The position numbers and the translations under genes are program-made. Below the pieces are notes generated by a model. The model did not search any database. It was given only the letters and a program-made list of their open reading frames with translations, and was not told the DNA's origin. Positions 29,693 through 38,424 of a stretch of DNA of 63,064 bases are shown piece by piece. The stretch's first letter is position 1, and every line of letters starts with the position of its first letter. Origin of the DNA: Candidatus Hermodarchaeum yapensis (GTDB lineage: Archaea > Asgardarchaeota > Hermodarchaeia > Hermodarchaeales > Hermodarchaeaceae); assembly GCA_016840405.1 (NCBI GenBank), contig JAEOSK010000014.1:1-63064 (forward strand), read 5' to 3'.

Positions 29693-29770
29693 TAAGGTAT
29701 ATATTAAGAAAATCTTCCTCACAGAAAGCTATCTAACTCCCAAGATCAGGTCATAAATGAGGTCAAAACC

Positions 29771-30415
29771 ATGAATGGCGATTTCCTCTTCTTGATGTTC
29801 TTCTTGGTTCAATTCTTAGGAATGATACTTATTCGTTCATACTATGGCTTGAAATCCCCGGACCGGAAAAAATCATTGCGTGAACTTACGAAAAGCGCGG
29901 TTGAACATGAAGGAAGATTCTCATTCATTTTACTGATACTAGTCGGAGTATTCATGGTGTCCGCGCTTATTCTCTATGTTTGGTACCCAACATTATTCCC
30001 TTGGTTAGTCTTACCCTTTCCCGATTGGCTCCGTTGGATCGGAGTCATCATCGGATTCATCTCGCTACTCTTACTTTGGTGGATACATTCGACGTTGGGT
30101 CTAGCCTTTTCAAAAACCTTAACCCTCCAAAAACGACAAAAAGTGGTGGTTGATGGCCCTTATCGTCGCGTCCGACATCCCATGTACACCGCCTTTCTCA
30201 TCTACTTCCTCTCATGGTTTCTCATCTCAACCAATCTCCTCTTCATCATTGTCTGGTTCTTGTTCTTCGTTACCCTTGTTGCCCGAATGCCCACGGAAGA
30301 AGAAATGCTCATTACTCAGTTTGGAGACGAATACCGCGAGTACATAAAACGAACAGGACGTCTATTTCCGCCGCTTCGAAAGAAAGACGATTCCAACAAC
30401 ACAGACCAAGAATAG
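29771..30415 (+). CDS. Isoprenylcysteine carboxyl methyltransferase (ICMT) family membrane protein
   Basis: GPYRRVRHPMY and EEEML...FGDEYREY..RTGR..P. Confidence 0.9.
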   Translation: MNGDFLFLMFFLVQFLGMILIRSYYGLKSPDRKKSLRELTKSAVEHEGRFSFILLILVGVFMVSALILYVWYPTLFPWLVLPFPDWLRWIGVIIGFISLLLLWWIHSTLGLAFSKTLTLQKRQKVVVDGPYRRVRHPMYTAFLIYFLSWFLISTNLLFIIVWFLFFVTLVARMPTEEEMLITQFGDEYREYIKRTGRLFPPLRKKDDSNNTDQE

Positions 30416-30428
30416 GTGATACGTTCAA

Positions 30429-31166
30429 ATGCCTGTTGCTCCTTCAGAATCGTTGAACAAATACGGGGTCAGTAGCATCATTCGTGAATTTGTCCTCGTA
30501 GGCTTCACGGCGCTCCTTCTTTGGGTGTCAGCTGGGTTCCAGCTCTGGCTTACTGCCTGGATTTACATAATTTTCCTACTCATCTTTTCAACGGTTTTCA
30601 TGGCTACCCTGGTTTGTAAGAATCCTGTGCTCCTCAACCTTCGAGGTGCCCCTCGAAAAGCCATTCGAACAACACCCTTGCGCCGATATGACAAAATTTA
30701 CTTCATCCTTTTTGTGCCACTCTTTGTCCTCATTCCAATTGTCACTGGACTTGAATTCCAAGGATTACTCATGACTTGGGTCATCATTCCCTCCCCTCTC
30801 TCACTATGGTCGATATTACTCGGGTTTGTGCTTATCCTAATCGGCAACGCTATCTTTGGATGGGCTATGGTGTCTAATCCCTTCTTCCATGGCATGATGA
30901 CAATTCAAGAAGAACGAGGGCATCAGGTCATCTCGAGAGGACCGTATCGATGGGTCCGTCATCCTGGGTACTTGGGTCAGATTCTCCTCTACTTGGGAAC
31001 ACCCCTGCTCCTTGGATCCTGGTGGGCTTTCTTATTAGGCTTCATCATGAGCTTTGCTTTCATATTCCGTACAGCTAAGGAGGATCAAGTTCTTCGAAAT
31101 GAACTTGAAGGGTATAGTGAGTATGCTGAACAGGTTCGAAAACGACTTCTTCCAGGCATCTGGTAA
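30429..31166 (+). CDS. ICMT family membrane protein
   Basis: NPFF, HQVISRGPYRWVRHPGY, RTAKED..L..ELEGY.EY, RLLPGIW. Confidence 0.9.
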   Translation: MPVAPSESLNKYGVSSIIREFVLVGFTALLLWVSAGFQLWLTAWIYIIFLLIFSTVFMATLVCKNPVLLNLRGAPRKAIRTTPLRRYDKIYFILFVPLFVLIPIVTGLEFQGLLMTWVIIPSPLSLWSILLGFVLILIGNAIFGWAMVSNPFFHGMMTIQEERGHQVISRGPYRWVRHPGYLGQILLYLGTPLLLGSWWAFLLGFIMSFAFIFRTAKEDQVLRNELEGYSEYAEQVRKRLLPGIW

Positions 31167-31202
31167 TTTCTGAAAGAAATTACGAACAAATTAGGAAACG
31201 TT

Positions 31203-32843
31203 TTATCCGATTTTTTGATCAAAGACCTTCCTAAGTAGAACCATTGGTAGATTGCCATTCGCGGTTATTATGTCGTGGAAGAACTTGTCGGAATATTTGT
31301 CTCCCATTTTTTGCATAATTTCGTCTCGGAGTTGAAGAACGAGATGTTTCCCAAGAAGATAAGACAATGGATAACCTGGACTCAAGGTATACCGGCGGAC
31401 CTCTGCTGTTGCACCTTCTTGAGAAATACCTGCTTCTTTGACTAGCATATTCACAGCTTCATCGAATGCCATTTCACCTCGCCCTAATTTTACATCCACA
31501 ATAATTCGAACCGCTCGCCAAATCGCTCCGGTTAATTGGACCATCTTTGCTTCAAGACCCGTGACGAAGCCCTTTTCCATCATCATCTGTTCACAATAAT
31601 GAGCCCACCCTTCGACCGTTTCGATTCCCAGACTGCCTGTCATTGTACCCAAGAGTGGAATCAATGACCCTCGGTTTGAAGCTGACAATTGTAAGAAATG
31701 GCCGGGGTATGATTCGTGAACGGCAACGTTTCGAATACTCGGGTTATTCAAGTGCTTGCCTATGTGTGTGATCTCTTTCGGTCGAGTGACGACATAAATC
31801 CCAATCTTGGGGTCATCAAAGCGTGAGGGAGGCATTAAGGCGGCGAAGGGAATCAGGGGCGCCATGTATGCGGGGGTTTCCTCAATTTTCAGAATATCTT
31901 CTTCGTAGATAGTAGCGAGGTTATTATCAAGAATGAATTGTTTCGCCTCTTCCATGGCCGTTCGTGTGGCAAGTAATGCCTCGTCAAAGGTTTTTGGAGT
32001 GTCTTTCTCGATGGTGGCCATTACTTCCTCAACGCTTTTATCAGGATCAATTTTGGCAGCTGTTTGGCTTCTTTCTTCTTTGAGCTCTTTTAGGGATTTA
32101 ATTCCGAATTGTAAAATCTCTTCAGAAGTCATCCCTAGCATTCGAAGTTGAATCAGGCGCTCATATCGCTCCTTCCCCAGTGCCCAATTGTCTATCGTGT
32201 TAGATTGAAGTTGTTGTAACCAGGCAAGATGTTCTTTAAATGGCTCATCTAGTTCAGCTACGGCTTCCTCTAAGTCTGCTTGGAGTTCACCAGGAATTTG
32301 TCCTTTTCCTATCATCGTAATGAACTGAAAGAGACCTGGCATTTGTTGGGCGGATTCAAGGGCAATTTCTGTCCATAGTTTTACAGGTTTTGATTTATCA
32401 AATCGTGTACGAAATTCCTGTAGATACTGTGGTATTTCTTTTAGCCGTGACACTATCGCTTTCATTCGTTCTTCTAAGGGTGCATATTCCCTAGAGATCA
32501 TCAGGAAGAAACTCCCTCCAATGAGGTCAAAGGCATCTGGGTTCAAGATGCTTTGGCGTTGCTCATGGAGTGCGAATTTCCAAATTTCAAGAAGGCTCTC
32601 CAGTATTTGCCAGTCAATTTTATTCGCTTCATTTAGGACATTGAAATCGACTGTCTCTTTCATACGACTTACTGCTTCTTCAAGCGTCTTTTCGATTTCA
32701 ATATCCGTGGTCAAATCGCCTTTCGAAAGTTGATGATCAAATGGGTCATGAAGTCCCAACATGCTCGCAATTTCAGGAAGGATGTTGTATAACCGTTCAT
32801 ACATTTCATTCTTTAATTTCTCAAACTGCTCGTTAGCACTCAT
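31203..32843 (-). CDS. DUF885 family zinc metallopeptidase (copy A)
   Basis: HESYPGHFLQ, EGWAHYCE, RIIVDVKL, EVRRY...PGYPLSYLLG. Confidence 0.9.
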   Translation of the reverse strand: MSANEQFEKLKNEMYERLYNILPEIASMLGLHDPFDHQLSKGDLTTDIEIEKTLEEAVSRMKETVDFNVLNEANKIDWQILESLLEIWKFALHEQRQSILNPDAFDLIGGSFFLMISREYAPLEERMKAIVSRLKEIPQYLQEFRTRFDKSKPVKLWTEIALESAQQMPGLFQFITMIGKGQIPGELQADLEEAVAELDEPFKEHLAWLQQLQSNTIDNWALGKERYERLIQLRMLGMTSEEILQFGIKSLKELKEERSQTAAKIDPDKSVEEVMATIEKDTPKTFDEALLATRTAMEEAKQFILDNNLATIYEEDILKIEETPAYMAPLIPFAALMPPSRFDDPKIGIYVVTRPKEITHIGKHLNNPSIRNVAVHESYPGHFLQLSASNRGSLIPLLGTMTGSLGIETVEGWAHYCEQMMMEKGFVTGLEAKMVQLTGAIWRAVRIIVDVKLGRGEMAFDEAVNMLVKEAGISQEGATAEVRRYTLSPGYPLSYLLGKHLVLQLRDEIMQKMGDKYSDKFFHDIITANGNLPMVLLRKVFDQKIG

Positions 32844-32953
32844 TGTAATTCACTCTACAGGTAGGTGATGTGGTCAGTATACTTATAACATCTGTAAAAA
32901 TCTGACCAAATTCATGGTCAATAGGAAGGCTCGATTGTAAGTGGACTCATGAA

Positions 32954-34606
32954 TTAGGATTCAAGTTTAGCGATTTTTTGGTCAAACACTTTTCTCAGTA
33001 GCGACACTGGCAAATACCCATTTGCGGCAATTGTGTCATGGAAGAACTTGTCAGAATATTGATCGCCCATCTTTTGCATGATTTCATCACGGAGCTTAAG
33101 AATCAAATGCTTACCTAAGAGGTAGGATAATGGATAGCCTGGTGTGAGAGTATATCGGCGGACTTCAGCGACTGCCCCCTCTTTGGTCATACCCGTTTCT
33201 TTAATTAACATGTCCACGGCTTCATCGAAGGTCATTTCTCCTCGAGACAATTTTACATCAACAATGATGCGCACTGCACGCCAAATTGCCCCGGTAAGTT
33301 GCACCATCTTGGCTTCAAGTCCGGTGACAAAGCCCTTTTCCATCATCATTTGTTCACAATAGTGGGCCCATCCTTCAACTGTTTCTGCCCCATAAGAAGT
33401 ACCTGTCCCGGCATATCCTTGAAGTAAGGATCCTCTGAGTGAAACCCCTGTTTGAAGGAAATGACCTGGATATGCTTCGTGAACAGCTGTGTTTCGAATA
33501 CTAGGATAGTTTAGGTGTTTACTCAGGTTAGCGATATCTTTTGGTCGGGTGACCACGTAGATTCCAATCTTTGGATCGTCAAATCGAGATGGCGGAATTA
33601 ATGCTGCGAAAGGGATCAGAGGGGCCATGTATAGCGGCGTTTCCTCTACAATGAGTTTATCTTCTTCGTATGGTGAAGCTAAATCCTGGTCGATAATGAA
33701 TTGTTTTGCTTCCTCCATTGCAGTTTTGGTTGCTTGTAATGCTTCTTCGTAAGTCTTGGGGGCATCTGCCTCGATCAAAGCCATTATTTCCTCGATAGTT
33801 TTGTCTGGATCAATTTGGGTTGCGATCTCGGTCCTTTCCTTTTTAAGGTCTTTGAGAGATTTAATTCCGAATTGTAAGATTTCTTCCGAGGTCATTCCAA
33901 GGTCACGGAGACCTATCAGTTTCTCAAATTTCTTCTTCCCAATTGCCCAATTCTCTATAGTGTTTGCTTGAAGTTGTTGAAGCCAAGCAATATGTTCCTT
34001 TATTGGCGTTTCCAGAGCTGTAACCGTCCCCTCCAAAGAAGCCTGGAGTTTCTCAGAAATCTGTCCTTTACCTAAAACAGCAATGAACTGAATTAGACCC
34101 GGCATAGTCTGGGCAGTTTCTAAGGCGATTTCTGTCCATAACTTCACGGGTTTGGATTTTTCAAATCGTGTTCGAAATTCTTCCAAGTAACGTGGTATTT
34201 CCTTTAGCCGTGAAACCATTGCCGTCATACGCTCTTCCAAGGGTGCATACTCTTTCGAAATCATGAGAAAGAAGCTCATTCCGATTAGTTCAAAACCGTC
34301 AGGATTCAGCACGTTCTGGCGTTGTTCATGAAGGATGAATTTCCAGAATTCTTGGAGTCGTTCAAGTACTTCCCAGTCGATTTTATTCGAGTCATTCAGA
34401 GCATTGAAGTCGATTGTGTCTTTCATTCGCTGAACAGCTTCATCTATTGTTTGTTCTATTTCTAGATCCGGAGTCAAATCACCGTTTGAAAAAAGCCGAT
34501 CATAGGGATTATGGAGTCCAAAGAGGCTAGCGATTTCCGGAAGAATTTGGTATAACCGATCATATATTTCATTCTTTAATTTCTCAAATTGCTTGTCAGC
34601 ACTCAT
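32954..34606 (-). CDS. DUF885 family zinc metallopeptidase (copy B)
   Basis: HEAYPGHFLQ, EGWAHYCE; colinear paralog of 31203-32843. Confidence 0.9.
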   Translation of the reverse strand: MSADKQFEKLKNEIYDRLYQILPEIASLFGLHNPYDRLFSNGDLTPDLEIEQTIDEAVQRMKDTIDFNALNDSNKIDWEVLERLQEFWKFILHEQRQNVLNPDGFELIGMSFFLMISKEYAPLEERMTAMVSRLKEIPRYLEEFRTRFEKSKPVKLWTEIALETAQTMPGLIQFIAVLGKGQISEKLQASLEGTVTALETPIKEHIAWLQQLQANTIENWAIGKKKFEKLIGLRDLGMTSEEILQFGIKSLKDLKKERTEIATQIDPDKTIEEIMALIEADAPKTYEEALQATKTAMEEAKQFIIDQDLASPYEEDKLIVEETPLYMAPLIPFAALIPPSRFDDPKIGIYVVTRPKDIANLSKHLNYPSIRNTAVHEAYPGHFLQTGVSLRGSLLQGYAGTGTSYGAETVEGWAHYCEQMMMEKGFVTGLEAKMVQLTGAIWRAVRIIVDVKLSRGEMTFDEAVDMLIKETGMTKEGAVAEVRRYTLTPGYPLSYLLGKHLILKLRDEIMQKMGDQYSDKFFHDTIAANGYLPVSLLRKVFDQKIAKLES

Positions 34607-34638
34607 TATGGAATCACCTACTATAGATTGTTAGCTTC

Positions 34639-35139
34639 TCATCTCTCGACTAGAAACCTTTCAAAGTCTTTGACAACATATCGAATATGTTTCTTTCCCT
34701 TCGAAATGATTGTGTGCCCCTCCTTTTCAAGTAACGCTTTTTGTTGCTTAGCACCACCGGGGTACTTGGAATTGAGTTCACCATTGTTTTTAATTGTGCG
34801 CCAGTACGGAACATCACTATTCATCTCTTCAGCGGCATTGGCAGCGATCGTGACAAAAATGCCAGTAGTAAGAGTACAGCAATATTGTGCTCCATGTTTG
34901 GCAGCTAAGCGTTCACAGATTTGACTCAAGGTAATGAGTCGTCCCTTGGGGATACTTTGCATGATGGCATTCACGTCAGAGGGGGGAGCCAAGACCACAC
35001 TAACACCGATTTCTGCGCCCATTTTCTCAAGCGGTCGACGACACGGAAAATTAGCTTCCAACGGTACGATCTTAGGCATATTTTTTGGGTCTTCGAGTTT
35101 TTCCTGCCACGTTTTACGTTTGTAGGGCATCGTCATCAC
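34639..35139 (-). CDS. MGMT/alkyltransferase-like (ATL) DNA-binding protein
   Basis: IPKGRLIT, PYWR in place of PCHR, YPGG..QQKALLEKEG. Confidence 0.75.
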   Translation of the reverse strand: MMTMPYKRKTWQEKLEDPKNMPKIVPLEANFPCRRPLEKMGAEIGVSVVLAPPSDVNAIMQSIPKGRLITLSQICERLAAKHGAQYCCTLTTGIFVTIAANAAEEMNSDVPYWRTIKNNGELNSKYPGGAKQQKALLEKEGHTIISKGKKHIRYVVKDFERFLVER

Positions 35140-35167
35140 GAATCAATGGATTCGTTTCTTCAGGGCT

Positions 35168-36301
35168 TTATAGTCTAGCCTTTGTGATGGGAACAATGCT
35201 AGGATACTCAGCTATTCCAACAGGACCCTTTAGACCAAAGGTGCGGTATTCGTTATGGGTTGGTGCGCTGAAACAGACATCGACCGATTGTTGGGTAACA
35301 TTGAATATCATGGACCAAAGGGTTCCGAAATAATCGTTGTAATAGTGATTGCACAGACCTTCTGGGTGTTCGGTCACAAGGAGGTTTTGCACGTCTTGCC
35401 TAGTGATCTTGCCAGCATGTTTCGCATACCATGATGTGATGAGCCCTTCACGGATCTTCGAATGGTGGATAATGCTCGCATTGCGTTTGTTGAACTGTTC
35501 CATGTCCGGTTGGCGGAAGTGATTCACCGAGAAGACATAGGGTTCAGGGTTATCCGAGGTGATCTGTTTGACGCTCATCGTCCCATCAGCGAATTCTACC
35601 AGCGCAGCGTTATCCTTTTTGTCCACCAGCATGAGGGTGAAGTAACCAGTCATGGGTTGGGTTTCAAGATGCGCTAAGGCAGTTTCCACTGAAGTACACC
35701 GATCAAGGACAGCCCGGATAGCCAGCCAAAACATCGGACCCCGATGCTTGAAAGGCACCCCAAAGATTCCGCCTCCTGTCATTGACACCACGAGCCCGTG
35801 TTCATTGATTCCATCATGTCGCCCAAATAGTAAACAGGAAAATCCAATATGATCCGCTTTCCCTTTGACTCGGGTTGTGAAGAGCTTCAAATCTTCCTCG
35901 GTGTGTATCCACTCATAGGTCCGCCCAGCATAGATCTGATGGTCCTTGGTAGTTGGCGAAAGGATTGCAAATTGTGAGCACTCACCTCCAAGGGAGGGGG
36001 TGAAGGTCCAATTCCAAAAGGGTAGATTCTGCGGAGAGACCTCCATTCCGTCAGCAAAGCCTTGGATTTCGTCTATGACACCCGGAGCACACTCTTCACA
36101 GTAGCTCCAAAGGGTCTCGAAATCTTTGAATCCCAACTTCTTGAGGTTCACTTTCGCAGAGACGTGCATTTGCTTAGCGTTTGGTTCTTGACTGAGAAGC
36201 TCAGCCAGCTGTTTTCCAATCTCATAGTGAGATCCTTCAATGACGATGTGATGGTATTTCACATCGATAAGTTTGTATTGACTTTCTTCCATTCTATACA
36301 C
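35168..36301 (-). CDS. C45 family Ntn hydrolase/acyltransferase (cytoplasmic)
   Basis: GSHYEIGKQ, EIQGFADG, CSQF, GRTYEW, DGINEHGL, VNHF, GTLWS; likely ATG 36292. Confidence 0.87.
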   Translation of the reverse strand: MYRMEESQYKLIDVKYHHIVIEGSHYEIGKQLAELLSQEPNAKQMHVSAKVNLKKLGFKDFETLWSYCEECAPGVIDEIQGFADGMEVSPQNLPFWNWTFTPSLGGECSQFAILSPTTKDHQIYAGRTYEWIHTEEDLKLFTTRVKGKADHIGFSCLLFGRHDGINEHGLVVSMTGGGIFGVPFKHRGPMFWLAIRAVLDRCTSVETALAHLETQPMTGYFTLMLVDKKDNAALVEFADGTMSVKQITSDNPEPYVFSVNHFRQPDMEQFNKRNASIIHHSKIREGLITSWYAKHAGKITRQDVQNLLVTEHPEGLCNHYYNDYFGTLWSMIFNVTQQSVDVCFSAPTHNEYRTFGLKGPVGIAEYPSIVPITKARL

Positions 36302-36367
36302 CTTCGCCTCTAGGACACAACAACCGCGTGGGGTGGCTAGGAAGGGTTAGCAATTCAGATTTTTACC

Positions 36368-36406
36368 TTAAACACTTGGTTATATGTTTTACTAACCTGT
36401 GTTTAA
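36368..36406. promoter_or_regulatory. Extended inverted repeat upstream of the C45 gene
   Basis: TTAAACAC..GGTTA / TAACC.GTGTTTAA. Confidence 0.4.
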
Positions 36407-36512
36407 ATACACGGAGACAAAATAGCCCCCTCTTTTAGACTTTTCACATCTCATAAAAGGCGCCAAATTCAGAGTGGAACTAATCATATCATGCTCCATT
36501 CACAGAACTCTT

Positions 36513-37478
36513 CTAGAGCATCTCCACGATTTTCTCTAAGACCTGAAGTCCCTTGGCTTCAGCCTCTCGAGCGCCTTCTAGTGCTTCAACAGCCGATTCA
36601 CTCTGATCGTTGATTTCGATGGGATCCATCGTGAGGTCTGTAGAAAATGGAAAGAGTTTGTTGACCGCAACGAGATTTCGAGACACCGCATCATAGTATC
36701 CAATTGCCTGCTCGAAAATCGGGTTGAGCCTAATATCTAAACGGTCTTGAGTCTCCTTCAAAAACTCTACAGCCATAATTCGACATTCAGACCAAACTGC
36801 GGCATTATAAGCCAACCCAAACGAAATAGCCGTTCCTGATTCCAATGCACTAATCCACGCATCATATCCTTCTAGACCTGATTTGTACTGCGGATACTGA
36901 ATCCACTCCCTCGGATTCTGTGCATGTTTCAACCCATTCTGCATACCCTGTTTTACCGTCGTAATCTCATCAGCGGGTTTAACTTTCTTCACACAATTTA
37001 TTTCTAACAGAGTCACACCCGTTGTCCCAACCTCATCCCACGGTTTCGGACCCCCACCCTCCTCAACACGATACCCCTTATAGTAGTATCCAACATCATC
37101 GTACCCGTAAATGATGTAGAACTCAGCGATAGCACCAATCTGCCACCCATAACACGGCTGTTCTGCATCAATGGCTTTTTGTACAAACTCCCACGCTTTT
37201 GCTTGTTTCTCTTTAAAATTAGGAGTATGTTTCCAAGCCATCAATCTATCAATTTCTACTCCAAGATTACGCGACGATTCAACAATCATTGAAGTGTTCC
37301 ATGCAGTCGGTCCACTTGGACAGAGATCCTTTGCAATGTTTAAGATGAATCCATGTCCAGTTGCCCCATACAACCAGGGTGTTGACACGTCTAATCCCAG
37401 ATATTCCATACACCCGTCCAAACAACCCAAATGCGACACCCAATGGGTCCTAAACCGTAAATTCGTCAAACTCTTCAT
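36513..37478 (-). CDS. Hypothetical protein, distantly BtrH/papain-like
   Basis: WLYGATGHGF, CPSGP, IIYGYDD and SGLEGYDAW...ECR..AVEFL architecture resembling BtrH-like proteins. Confidence 0.55.
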   Translation of the reverse strand: MKSLTNLRFRTHWVSHLGCLDGCMEYLGLDVSTPWLYGATGHGFILNIAKDLCPSGPTAWNTSMIVESSRNLGVEIDRLMAWKHTPNFKEKQAKAWEFVQKAIDAEQPCYGWQIGAIAEFYIIYGYDDVGYYYKGYRVEEGGGPKPWDEVGTTGVTLLEINCVKKVKPADEITTVKQGMQNGLKHAQNPREWIQYPQYKSGLEGYDAWISALESGTAISFGLAYNAAVWSECRIMAVEFLKETQDRLDIRLNPIFEQAIGYYDAVSRNLVAVNKLFPFSTDLTMDPIEINDQSESAVEALEGAREAEAKGLQVLEKIVEML

Positions 37479-37533
37479 TCAAACACATCCAAGAAGCCTA
37501 TCTCAATCATGGGAACTACTCAACATTCACTAA

Positions 37534-38271
37534 TTATTCTCTACTCCGATTCACCTCTCGTTCAATACGGAGTTCCCGCACAAACCGATAAAGTTCTCCT
37601 ACTCTCTTGTAATAGATGACCATATAGAAGACACCAAATAACAGTACCAAGAGGAGTGGAGTCCAAATTCCCGCAGGATTAAGAAACCATGCAATCGGTA
37701 GTAATATGAGGAAGATTCCAAAGATCCAGATGATAGGGAAGCCGAAGACCCATTTCCTCCGACTCCGTGTCGTTCTCAAATAGCTCTTGTAATCAATTTT
37801 CAAACCAAGTTCTCCCGGAGAATAACGGTAGAAACCATCGAAATTCACTCGAGCAATGACACCACCCAGATAACGCCCCCAAGGATAGGCCCCATATGCG
37901 ATAAAGATAATGAGCACTAATACGAGACCGTTCAGTGTAATTAGTGTTAAAAATGGAGGCAAGGTGATAAACACTACCAGAATCGTTTCAAAGAATAAAA
38001 GCGTCCAAATGAATCCTATGAGTGCAAAAAGAACAACGAAAAAGAAAAGGCCAAGTCCTTTGTTGACACTTAGAACTACATTGTGTTTGAATAGGCGGTT
38101 ACGGATATGTGCAGTTTTTTCTATTATCTCGTCTGTTACATCAATGGCATCTAATCGTTTAATTTTGCCTACGATTCGCCAGAAGGTTTTTCGAATTTCT
38201 TTGGTGTCACCTTCTTTATCCAGCTGCTGAGCAATAGCTCTGAGTTCAGATTCAATTGTCACTGCTTCCAA
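37534..38271 (-). CDS. Hypothetical polytopic membrane protein
   Basis: Soluble helical N-terminus, about 4-5 TM helices, LKIDYKSYLR loop. Confidence 0.65.
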   Translation of the reverse strand: MEAVTIESELRAIAQQLDKEGDTKEIRKTFWRIVGKIKRLDAIDVTDEIIEKTAHIRNRLFKHNVVLSVNKGLGLFFFVVLFALIGFIWTLLFFETILVVFITLPPFLTLITLNGLVLVLIIFIAYGAYPWGRYLGGVIARVNFDGFYRYSPGELGLKIDYKSYLRTTRSRRKWVFGFPIIWIFGIFLILLPIAWFLNPAGIWTPLLLVLLFGVFYMVIYYKRVGELYRFVRELRIEREVNRSRE

Positions 38272-38373
38272 TCTCCTGATAATTAGTCAAAGTACTTGTA
38301 TAAAACTGGGGATAAATCAAAGCATTTTTCGCTTTGAAATTTCAAGATGTTGAGCTAGGTCATAAAGGAATGG

Positions 38374-38408
38374 AGAAAAAAGAGGGCGGTGGGGGCTTGT
38401 TCGCCCCC
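38374..38408 (-). terminator. GC hairpin plus T-tract (minus strand)
   Basis: GGGGGC-ttgttc-GCCCCC just past the stop at 38425, with an A-run on the plus strand beyond it. Confidence 0.55.
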
Positions 38409-38424
38409 GAGGTATTTGGGAGGA

